Shown here: positions 12,981 to 24,920 of the stretch, piece by piece
Layout: each line of letters begins with the position of its first letter
How positions within the stretch are numbered: the first letter of the stretch is position 1
Assembly: GCF_009914755.1 (NCBI RefSeq)
Contig: NC_060946.1
Direction: 5' to 3' (one strand)
DNA from: the human T2T-CHM13v2.0 reference genome, Homo sapiens
Length of the DNA: 64,000 nucleotides
Translations under genes and position numbers: made by a program
Notes under the pieces: model-generated
The model's input: the letters and a program-made list of their open reading frames with translations, nothing else
Database searches by the model: none
Told to the model about the DNA's origin: nothing

Positions 12981-15900
12981 TTTGTAGAATCTGCAAGTGG
13001 ATAATTTGAACACTTTGAGGCCTATGATGGAAAAGGAAATATCTTCTCATAAAAACTACACAGAAGCATTCTGAGAGACTCCTTTGTGATGTGTGCATTC
13101 AACTCACAGACTTGAACCTATCTTCTGACAGAGCAGTTTTGAAACTCTCTTTTTGTAGAATCTGCAATTGGATATATGGAGCCCTTTGTGGCTTATGGTG
13201 GAAAAGGAAATATCTTCACATAAGAACTACACAGAAGCTTTCTGAGAAACTTCTTTTTGATGTGTGGATTCAACTCACGAAGTTGAACCTCTCTTTTGAT
13301 TGAACAGTTTAGAAACACTCTTTTTAAAGAATCTGCAAGTGGATATATGAATGTTTTGAGGCCTATTGTTCAAAAGGAAATATCTTCACATAAAGCTACA
13401 CAAAAGCATTCTGATAAACTTATTTGGGATGTGTGCATTCGTCTCACATATTTGAAACTTTCAATTGATTGAGCAGCGTTGAAAGATTCTTTTTGTATAA
13501 TCTGCAAGTGGATATTTGGAGCACTTTGAGTCCTATGTTGGAAAAGGAAATATCTTCACATAAAAACTACACTGAAGCTTTCTGAGAAAATTTTTGTGAA
13601 GTATGCATTCAACTCACAGAGTTGAACGTATCTTTTCATAGAGCAGTCTTGAAACTCTCTTTACACATTATCTGCAAATGGATATTTGGAGCGCTTTCAG
13701 GCCCATAGCTGAAAAGGAAATATCTTCTCATAAAAACTACACAGAAGCATTCTGCGAAACATTTTTGTGATGTGTACATTCATCTCACGGAGTTGAAACT
13801 TTCTTTTGATAGAGTAGTTTTGAAACACTCTTTTTGTAGAATCTGCAGGTGGATATTTGCATCACATTGAGGCCTATCGTGGAAAAGGAAATATCTTCCC
13901 AAACAACTACACAAAAGCATTCTCAGAAACTTCTTTGCGATGTGTGCCTTCATCTCACAGGGTTGAAACTTTCTTTTGATTGAGCAGTTTTGAAACACTC
14001 TTTTCATAGAATCTGGAAGTGGATACTTGGAGCGTTTTGAAGTCTATGGTGGAAAAGGAAATATCTTCAATTGAAAACCACACAGAAGAATTCTGAGAAA
14101 TCAATTTGTGATGTATGCATTCAACTTGCAGAGATGAACCTATCTTTTGATAGAGCAGTTTTGAAACTCTCTTTTTGTAGAATCTGCAAGTGGTTATTTT
14201 GAGCCCTTTTTGGCCAATGGTGTAAAAGGTAATATCTTCACATAAAAACTACACAGAAGCATTCTCAGAAACTACTTTGTGATGTGTGCATTCATCTCAC
14301 AGAGTTGAACCTATCTTTTGATAGAGTAGTTTTGAAACACTCTTTTTGTAGAATCTGCAAGTGGACATTTGGAGCCCTTTGTGGCCTATAGTGGAAAAGG
14401 ATATATCTTAACATGAAAACTACAGAGAAAGATTCTGAGAAACTTCTTTGTGATGTGTGCATTCACCTCACAGAGATGAATCTTTCCTTTGATTGAGCAG
14501 TTTTGAAACACTTTTTTTGTAGAATCTGCAAGTGGATATTTTGATTGCTTTGAGGCTTATTGTGGAAAAGGCTATGTCCTTAAGTAAAAACTACACAGAA
14601 ACATTCCCAGAAACTTCTTTGTTTTGCGTGCATTCATCTAACAAAGTTGAACCTTTCTTTTGATTGATCAGTTTTGAAACACCCTTTCTGTAGAATCTGC
14701 AAGTGGATATTTGGAGCACTTTGAGGACTATAGTGGAAAAGGTAATATCTACACATAAAAAATACACAGAAGCATTATAAGAAAGTTCTTTGTGATGTGT
14801 GCATTCAACATTCAGAATTGAACCTATCTTTTGATTGAGCAGTTTTGAAATTCTCTTTTTGTACAATTTGCAAGTGGATATTTGGATTCCTTTGCGATCT
14901 ATGGTGGAAAAGGAAATATCTTAACATAAAAACTAGACAGAAGCATTCTGAGAAACTTCTTTGTGATGTTTGCATTCAACTCACAGAGTTGAACCTGTCT
15001 TTTGATAGAGCAGTTTTGAAACTTCCTTTTTGTGGAAACTGCAAGTCGATATTTGGAGCACTTTGCGGCCTATTGTGGAAAAGGAAATGTCTTCACATAA
15101 AAACTACACGGAAGCATTCTGAGAAATTTCTTTGTGATGTGTGCATTCAACTCACAGAGTTGAACATATCTTTTAATAGAGCAGTTTTGACACTCTCTTT
15201 TTGTAGAATCTGCAAGTGGATATTTGGATTCCTTTACAGCCTATGGTGGAAAAGGAAATATCTTAACATAAAAACTACACAGAAGAATTCTGAGAAACTT
15301 CTTCGTGATGTTTGCATTCAACTCGCAGAGTTGAACCTGACTTTTGATAGAGCAGTTTTGAAACTTTCTTTTTGTGGAAACTGCAAGTCGATATTTGGAG
15401 CACTTTGTGGCCTATTGTGGAAAAGGAAATATCTTAACATAAAAACTACACAGAAGAATTCTGAGAAACTTCTTTGTGATGTGTGCCTTCATTTCACAGA
15501 GATGAACCGTTCATTTGATTGAGCAGTTTTGAAACTCTCTTTTTGTAGAATCTGCAAGTGGATATTTGGAGCCCTTTGCAGCCTATGGTGGAAACGGAAA
15601 TATCTTCACATAAAAACTACACAGAAGCATTCTGAGACACTTCTTTGTGATGTGTGCATTCATCTCACAGAGTTGAACCTATCTTTTGATAGAGCAGTTT
15701 TGAAACTCTCTTTTGTAGAATCTGCAAGTGGGTATTTGGAGCCCTTTGCAGCCTTTTGGGCAAAAGGAAATGTCTTCCAATTAAAACTACACAGAAGCAT
15801 TCTGAGAAACTTCTTTGTGATGTGTGCATTCATCTCACAGAGTTGAAGCTTTCTTTGGATTGAGCAGTTTGGAAACACTCTTTTTGTAGAATCTGCAGGT

Positions 15901-18900
15901 GGATATTTGTAGCACTTTGAGGCCTATGGTGGAAAAGGAAATATCTTCACACAAAAACTTCACAGAAGCATTCTGAGAAACTTCTTTGTGATGTGTGCAT
16001 TCATCTCACAGAGTTAAACTTTTCTTTTGATTGAGCAATTTGGAAACCCTCTTTTTGTTGAATCTGCAAGTGGATATTTGGAGCAATTTGAAGCCTGTGG
16101 TGGAAAAGGAAACATCTTCATATAAAAACTCTACAGAAGCATTCTGAGAAACTTCTTTGTGGTGTGTGCATTCAACTCACAGGGTTGAACTTATCTTTTG
16201 ATAGAGCAGTTTTGAAACTCTGTGTCGAATCTGCAAGTGGATATTGGGAGCACTTTGCATCCTATGGTGGAAAAGGAAATATCTTCACATAAAAACTACA
16301 CAGAAGCATTCTGAGAAACTGCTTTGTGATGTGCGTATTCCTCTCACAGAGGTGAACCTTCCTTTTTATTCAGCAATTTGGAAACACACTTTTTGTAGAA
16401 TATTCAATTGGATATTTGGAGTGTTTTGTGGCCCATTATGGAAAATTAAATATCTTCACATAAAAACTACATAGAAGCATTCAGAGGCATTTCTTTGTGA
16501 TGTGTGCATTCAAGTCACAGAGTTGATCCCATCTTTTGAATGAGCAGATTTGAAACTCTCTTTTTGTAGAATCTGCAGGTGCATATTGGTTGTCCTTTGT
16601 GGCCTAAGGTGGAAGAGGAAATATATCCACATAAAAACTACACAGAAGCATTCTGAGAACCTTCTTTGTGATGTGTGCATCAGACATCGACTCATAGAGT
16701 TGAAGCTTTCTTTTGATTGAGGAGCTTTGAAACACTTTTTCTGTAGAATCTGCAAATGGATATTTGGAGCACTTTGAGGCCCGTTGTAGAAAAGGAAATA
16801 TATTCACATAAAAACTACACAAAAGCATTCTGAGAAATTTCCTGTGATGTGTGCATTCATCTTACAGATTTGAACATTTCTTTTGATTGAGCAGTTTTGA
16901 AACACACTTTTTATAGTATCTGCAAGTGTATATTTGGAGCGCTTTGAGGCCTATTGTGGAAAAGGAAATATCTTCACATAAAAACTACGCAGAAGCATTT
17001 TGAGAAAGCTTTTTGTGAATTTTCACTCATCTCACAGAGTTAAACTTTTCTTTTGATCCAGCAGTTTTGAAACACTCTTTTTTTAGACTCTGCAAATGGA
17101 TATTTGGAGCGCTAGGAGGCGTATTGTGGAAAAGGAAATATCTGCACATAAAAACTACACAGAAGCATTCTGAGAAAGTTCTTATTGCTGTGTGCATTCA
17201 AATCACAGAGTTGAATCTGTCTTAGAATGAGCAGTTTTGAAAATCTCTTTTTGTAGAATCTGCAAGTGGATATTTGGATCCCTTTGTGGCCTGCGGTGGG
17301 AAAGGAAATATTGTCACAAACAAACTACACAGAAACATTCTGAAACACTTCTTTACGATGTGTGCATTCATCTCACGGAGTTGCATCTTTCCTTTGATTG
17401 AGCAGTTTAGAAAAACTATTTTTGTACAATCTGTAAGTGGATATTTGGAGCACTTTGAGGCCTCTTGTGGAAAAGGAAATAACTGCACATAAAAATTACA
17501 CAGAAGCATTCTGAGAAACTTCTTTGTGATGTGTCCATTCCTCTCAGGGTAGAACCTTTGTTTTGATTGAGCAGTATTGAGACACTCTTTTTGTAGAATC
17601 TGCAATTGGATATTTGGAGCGTTTTGAGTCCTCTCATGGAAAAAGAAATATCTTCCCCTAAAAACTAAACAGAAGCGTTCTGAAAAACTTCTTAGTGATG
17701 TGTGAATTGAACTCACATAGTTGAACCTATCTTTTGATAGAGCAGTTTTGAAACTCTCTTTTTGTAGAATCTGCAACTGGATATTTGGAGCCGTTTGTGG
17801 TCAATGGTGGAAAAGGAAATATCTTCACATAAAAACTACACAGAAGCATTCTGAGAAACTTTTTTGTGATGTGTGCATTCAATTCACAGTGTTGATCCTA
17901 TCTTTTGATACAGCAGTTTTGAAACTCTCCTTTTGTAGAATCTTCAAGTAGATATCTGAAGCCATTTTTGGCCTAAAGTGGAAAAAAAAATCTTCACATA
18001 AAAACTACATAGAAGCATTCTGAGAAACTTTTTTGTGATGTTTGCATTCAACTCACAGTGTTGAAGCAGTCTCTTGATAGAGCAGTTTTGAAACACTCTT
18101 TTTGTAGAATCTGCAAGTGGATATTTGGAGCGCTTTGAGTCCTATTGTGGAAAAGGCAATATCTTCACATAAAAACTACACAGAAGCATTCTGAGAAACT
18201 TCTTTGTGATGTGTGCCTTCAACTCACAGAGTTGAAGCTATCTTTTGGTGAAGCAGTTTTGAAACTCCCATTTTGTAGGATCTGAAGGTGGATATTTGGA
18301 GCCCTTTAAGCCCTTTTGTGGAAAAGGAAATATCTTCACATAAAAGCTGCACAGAAGCATTCTGAGAAACTTCTTTTTGATGTATGCTTTCATCTCAGAG
18401 TGTTGAACATTTCTTTTGATTGAGCAGTTTGGAATCCCTCTTTTTGTAGAGTCTGCAAGTGGAAGTTTGGAGCCCTTTGAGGCCTATGTTGGAAAAGGAA
18501 ATATCTTCAAATAAAAACTACACAAAAACATTCTGAGAAACTACTTTGTGTTGTGTGCATTCATCTCACAAGTTTGAACCTACCTTATGATTGAGCAGTT
18601 TCAAAACACTCTTTTTGTAGAATCTGAAAGTGGATATTTGGAGCACCTTGTTGCCTACAGTGGAGAATCAAATGTCTTCACATAAAAACAAGACAGAAGC
18701 ATTCTCAGAACCTTCTTTGTGATGTATGCATTTATCTCATGGAGTTTAACTTTTCTTTTGATTGAGCACTTTTGAAACACTCTTTTTGAAGATTCTGCAA
18801 GTAGATATTTGGAGGCCTTTGACACCAATTGTGGAAAAGGAAATATCTTCACATAAAAACTACACAGAGGCATTCTGAGAAACTTCTTTGTGATGTGTGT

Positions 18901-21900
18901 AGTCATCTAATGGAGTTGACACTTCCTTTTTATAGAGCAGGGTTGAAGCGATCTTTTTGAAGAATTAGCAAGTGGATATTTGGAGAGCTTTGAGGCCTAT
19001 GGTGGAAAAGGAAATATCTTCAAATAAAAACTACGCAGAAACATTCTGAGAAACTTCTTTGTGATGTGTGCATTCAACTCACAGGGGAGAGCCTATCTTT
19101 TGATTGAGCCGTTTTGAATCTCTTTTTTTGTATAATCTGCAAGTGGGTATTAGGAGCCCTTTGTGGCCCATGGTGGAAAAGAAAATATCTTCAAATAAAA
19201 ACTACACAGAAGCATTCTGAGGAACTTTTTCGTGAGATGTGCACTCAACTCACAGAGTTGAACCTATCTTTTGATTGAGCAGTTTTTAATCTCTCTTTTT
19301 ATAGAAGCAGCATGTGGATATTTGGAGACCTTTGTGGCCTATGGTTGAAAAGGAAATATCTTCAAATAAAAACTAGACAGAAGCATTTTGAGAAACTTTT
19401 CTGTGATGTGTGCATTCATATCACAGGGTTGAACTACCTTTTGATTAAGCAGTTTTGAATCTCTTTTTTTGTAGAAGCTGCATGTGGATATTTGGAGACT
19501 TTTGTGGCCTATGGTTGAAAAGGAAATATCTTCAAATAAAAACTAGACAGAAACATTTTGAGAAACTTCTCTGTGATGTGTGCATTCATATCACAGGGTT
19601 GAACTACCTTTTGATTAAGCAGTTTTGAATCTCTTTTTTTGTAGAAGCTGCATGTGGATATTTGGAGACTTTTGTGGCCTATGGTTGAAAAGGAAATATC
19701 TTCAAATAAAAACTAGACAGAAACATTTTGAGAAACTTCTCTGTGATGTGTGCATTCATATCACAGGGTTGAAACTACCTTTTGATTGAACAGTTTTGAA
19801 TCTCTCTTTTTGTACCATCTGCAAGTGCATATTTAGAGCCCTTTGAGGCCTATGGTGGAAAATGAACTATCCTCAAATAAAAACTACACAGCAGTATTCT
19901 GAGAAACTTCTTTGTGACGTGTGCATTCATCTCACAGAGTTGAACCTTTATTTTGACTGAGCAGTTTTGAGACAATCTTTCCATATAACCTGGAAGTGAA
20001 TATTTGGAGGGCTTTGAGTTCTATTTTGGAGATGGAGATATCTTCATGTGAAAACTACATAGAAGCATTCTGAGAAACATCTTTGTGAGGTGTGCACTGA
20101 AGTCACATTGTTGAACCTATCTTTTGATTCAGCAGTTTTGAATCTCTCTTTTTGCAGAATCTGCGAGTGGATATTTGGAGCACTTTGAGGCGTACTGTGG
20201 AAAATCAAATATCTTCACATAAAAACTACACAGAAGCATTCTCAGAAACTTCTTTGTGAGGTGTGCATTCATCTCACAGAGTTGAATGTCTCTGTTGATT
20301 GAGCAGTTTTGAAACACTCTTTTTGTAGAATCTGCAAGTGGATATTTGGAGCTCATTGGGGCCTACTGTGGAAAAACAAATATCTTCACATAAAAACTAC
20401 ACAGAAGCATTCTCAGAAACTTCTTTGTGATCTGTGCATTCATGTCACAGAGTTGAATCTTTCTTTTGATACAGCAGTTTTGAAACGCTATTTTTTTAGA
20501 ATCTGCAGGTGGATATTTGGAGCCTTTTGAGGCCTATAGTGGAGAAGGAAATATCTTCACATAAAAACTATGCAGAAGCATTCTGAGAAACTACTTTGTG
20601 ATGTGTGCATTCATCTCACAGAGTAGAACCTTTCTTTTGATTGAGCAGTTTTGAAACATTCTTTTTGTAGAATCTGCAAGTGGATATTTAGAGTGATTTG
20701 AGGCCTATGGTGGAAAGGGAAATATCTTCAAATAAAAACTACCCAGAAGCATTCTGCGAAACTTATTTGTGATGTGTGCATTCAACTCACAGTGTTGAAC
20801 CTATCTGTTGATTGAGCAGTTTAGAATCTCTCTTTTTGTAGAATCTGCAAGTGAATATTTGGAGCCCTATTTCGCCCTATAGTGGAAAAGGAAATATCTT
20901 CAATAGAAACTACACAGAAGCATTCAGGGAACCTTCTTTCTGATGAGTGCACTCATCACAGAGTTGAACCTTTGTTTTGATTTAGCAGTTTTGAGGCAAT
21001 CTTTCTGTAGAATCTGGAAGTAAATATTTGGAGGGCTTTGAGTTCTGTTTTGGAGAAGGAGATATCTTCATATAAAAACTACACAGAAGCTTTCTGAGAA
21101 ACACCTTTGTGAGGTGTGCATTGAAGTCACAGAGTTGAACCTATCTTTTGATTCAGCAGATTTGAATCTCTCTTTTTGCAGAATCTGTGAGTGGATATTT
21201 GGAGCGCTTTGAGGCCTACTGTGGAAAATCAAAAATCTTCACATAAAAACTACACAGAAGCATTTTGAGAAACTTCTTTGTGAGGTGTGCATTCAACTCA
21301 CAGAGTTGAACTTATCTTTCCATTGAGAACTTTTGTATCTCTTTTTTGGTAGAATCTGCAAGTGGATATTTGGAGCTCTTTGCACCCTATGGTGGAAAAG
21401 GAAATATCTTCACATAAAAACTACACAGAAGCATTCAGAGAAACTTCTTTGAGATGAATGCATTCCTCACAGAGTTGAACCTTTCTTTTTATTGAGTAGT
21501 ACTGAAACCCTCTTTTTGCACAATCACCAATTGGATAATTGGAGAGCTTTGAGGCCTGTTTTGGAAAATGAAATATCTTCAAATTAAAACCACACAGAAG
21601 CATTCTGAGAAACTTCTTTGTGATGTGTGCATTCAACTCTCAGAGTTGCTCCTATCTTATGATTGAGCAGTTTTGAAACACTCGTTTTGTAGAATCTGCA
21701 AGTGGATATTTAGAGCGATTTGAGGCCTATTGTGGAAAAGAAAATATCTTGACATAAAAACTACACAGAAGCATTCTGTGAAACTTCCTTGGGATGTGTG
21801 CATTCAACTAACAGTGTGGAACCTATCTTTTGATTGACCAGCCTAGAATCTCTTTTTGTAGAATCTGCAAGTGGATATTTGGAGCCACATTTCGCCCTAT

Positions 21901-24900
21901 GGTGAAAAACGAAATATCTTCACATAAAAACTATACAGAAGCATTCTGAGAAACTTCTTTGTGATGTTTGCATTGAACTCACAGAGTCGAACCTATCTTT
22001 TGATAGAGCAGTTTTGAATCCCTCTTTTTGCAGAATCTGCAAGTGGATATTTGGAAAGCTTTGAGGCCTATTGTGGAAAAGGAAATATATTCACATAAAA
22101 ACTACAGAGAAGCATTCTGAGAAACTTCTTTGTGAGGTATGGATTCAACCCACAGAGTTGGACTTATCTTTTCGTTGAGCAGTTTTGAATGTCTCTTTTT
22201 GTAGAATCTACAAGTGGATATTTGGAGCCCTTTGCAACCTATGGTGGAAAAGGAAATAACTTCATATAAAAACTACACAGAAGCCTTCAGATAAACTTCT
22301 TTGTGATGAGTGCTTTCATCCCACAGAGTTGAACCTTCCTTTTTACTGAGCAGTTTTGAAACACTATTTTTGCAGAATCAGCAAGTGCATATTTGGAGCG
22401 CTTTGAGGCCTACTGTGGAAAAGCAAATATCTTCACCTAAAGACTACACGGAAGCATTCCGAAAAACTTCCTTGTGATGTGTGCATTCATCTCACAGAGT
22501 TGAACTTTTCTTTTGATTGAGCAGTTTTGAATCTCTCTTGGTAGAATCTCTAATTGGATATTTGGAGTGATTTGAGGCCTACTGTGGAAAAGGAAATATC
22601 TTCACATAAAAACTACACTGAAGAATTCTGAGAAACTTCTTTGTGATATGTGCTTTCAACTCACATAGTTGAACCTATCTATTGATTGAAACTCTTTTTG
22701 TAGATGCGGGAAGTGGATATTTGGAGCCCTTTGCAACCTATGGTGGAAAAGGAAATATCTTCAAATAAATAATGCACAGAGGCATTCAAAGAAACTTCTT
22801 TGTGGTGAGTGCATTCATCACAGAGAGTTGAATCTTTCCTTTGATTGAGCAGTTTTGAAACACTCTTTTTGCAGGATCTGCAGGCAGATATTTTAGAGCT
22901 TTGAGGCCAAATGTGGAAAAGGAAACATCTCCACAGAAAAACTACACAGAAGCATTCTGAGAAGCTTCTTTGTGAGGTGTGCATTCAACTCTCAGTGTTG
23001 AACGTATCTTTTGATTCAGCAGTTTTGAATATCTGTTTTGTAGGACCTGCTACTGGATATTTGGAGCCCTTTGCAGCCAATGGTGGAAAAGGACATATCA
23101 TCAAATAGAAACTACATAGAAGCATTCTGAGAAAGTCTTTCTGTTGTGTGCATTCATCTCACAGGGTTGAACACTTCCATTCATGGAACAGTTTTGAAAC
23201 AGTATTTTTCCGGAATCTGCAAGTGGATATTTGGAGAGCTTTGAGACATGTTGTGGAAAAGGAAATATCTTCAAATAAAAACTACACAGAAGTATTCAGA
23301 GAAACTTCTTTATGATGAGTGCATTTATCACAGACTTGAAACTTTCTTTTGATTGAGCAGTTTTGAAACTCTCCTTTTGTAGAAGATGGAAGAGGATATT
23401 TCGAGGTCTTTGAGGCTTATTTTGGAAATGGAAATATCCTCACATAAAAACTACACAGAAGCATTCTGACAAACTTCTCTGTTATGTGTTCATTCAACTC
23501 ACAGTGTTGAACGAATTTTTTGATTGAGCAGTTTTCAATCTCTCCGTTTGTAGAATCTGGAAGTGGATATTTGGAGCTTTTTGCACCCTGTGTTGGAAAA
23601 GGAAATATCTTCAAATAAAAACTACACATAAGCATTCTGAAAAACTTCTTTGTGTTAAGTGCATTCATCACACAGAGTTGAAAGTTTCTTTTGATTGAGC
23701 AGTTTTGAAACACTCTTTTCGTAGAATCTGGAAGTGGATATTTGGAGGGCTTTGAGGCCTATTTTGGAAAAGGAAATACCTTAACATAAAAACTGCACAG
23801 AATTATTCGGAGAAACTCCTTTGTTATGTGTGCATTCAACACACAGATTTGAGCCTATCTTTTGATTGAGCAGTTTTGAATCTCTCTTTTTGCAGAATCT
23901 GCAAGTGGATATTTGTATCGCTTTGAGGTCTACTGTGGAAAAGCAAATATTTTCAAATATAAATTACACAGAAGCATTCTGAGAAACTTTGTTGTGAGGT
24001 GTGCATTCAACTCACAGAGTCAAACCCATCTTTTGATTGAGCAGTTTTGAATCTCTCTTTTTGCAGAATCTGCAAGTGGATATTTGGAGTGCTTTGTGGC
24101 CTATTGTGGAAAAGGAAATATCTTCACATAAAAACTACACAGAGGCATTCTGAGAAACTTCTTTGTGATGTGTGCATTCAACTGACAGAGTTGAACCTAT
24201 CTTTTGATTGAGCAGTTTTGAATCTCTCTTTTTGTAGAATCTGCAGGTGGAATTTTGGAGCTCTTTGCAGCCTACGTTGGAAAAGGAAATATCTTCAAAT
24301 ACAAACTACACAGAATCATTCTGGGAAACATCTTGGTGATGAGTGCATTCATCACAAAGGGTTGAATCTTTCTATTGACTGAGTAATTTGGAAACGCTTT
24401 TTTTGTAGAACCTGGAAGTGGAAATTGGATGGGCTTTGTGGTCTATTTTGGAAAAGAAAATATCTTCAGATAAAAACTACACAGAAGCTTTCTGGGAAAC
24501 TTCGCTGTTATGCGTGCATTCAAGTCACAGATTTTAACCATTCTTTTGATAGAGCATTTTTGAAACTCTCTTTTTGTAGAATCTGCAAGTAGATATTTGG
24601 AGGTCTTTGTGGCCTATGTTAGAAAACGAAATACCCTCACATAAAATCTATACAGAAGCTATCTGAGAAATTTGTTTGTGATGCATGCATTCTTCTCACA
24701 AAGTTGAACCTTTCTTTTGATTGAGCACTTTCAAAACACTCTTTTTGTAGAATCTGCAAGTGGATATTTGGAGCGCTTTGTGGCCTATGGTAGAAAAGGA
24801 AATATCTTCACATAATTTGTAGACCGAAGCAAACTGAGAAACTTCTTTGTGATGTGTGTATTCATCTCACAGAGTTAAAACTTTCTTTTGATTGAGCAGT

Positions 24901-24920
24901 TTTGAAACTCTCTCTTTGTG
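12981..24920 (+). repeat. Alpha satellite, ACTACAC-type layer; the last ~2 monomers revert to dimeric-type variants
   Basis: Continuous monomers with local duplications at 14.8-15.5, 19.3-19.8 and 19.9-22.0 kb. AAATCTATACAGAAGCTATCTG at ~24644 and GAGTTAAA at ~24872 resemble the dimeric layer. Confidence 0.95.

Noticed and set aside
15581-24295. Possible CENP-B boxes (CTATGGTGGAAACGGAA ~15583; CTACGTTGGAAAAGGAA ~24272)
   Set aside because: Each has only part of the required TTCG....A..CGGG core. I found no complete box by eye; a motif scan would confirm.
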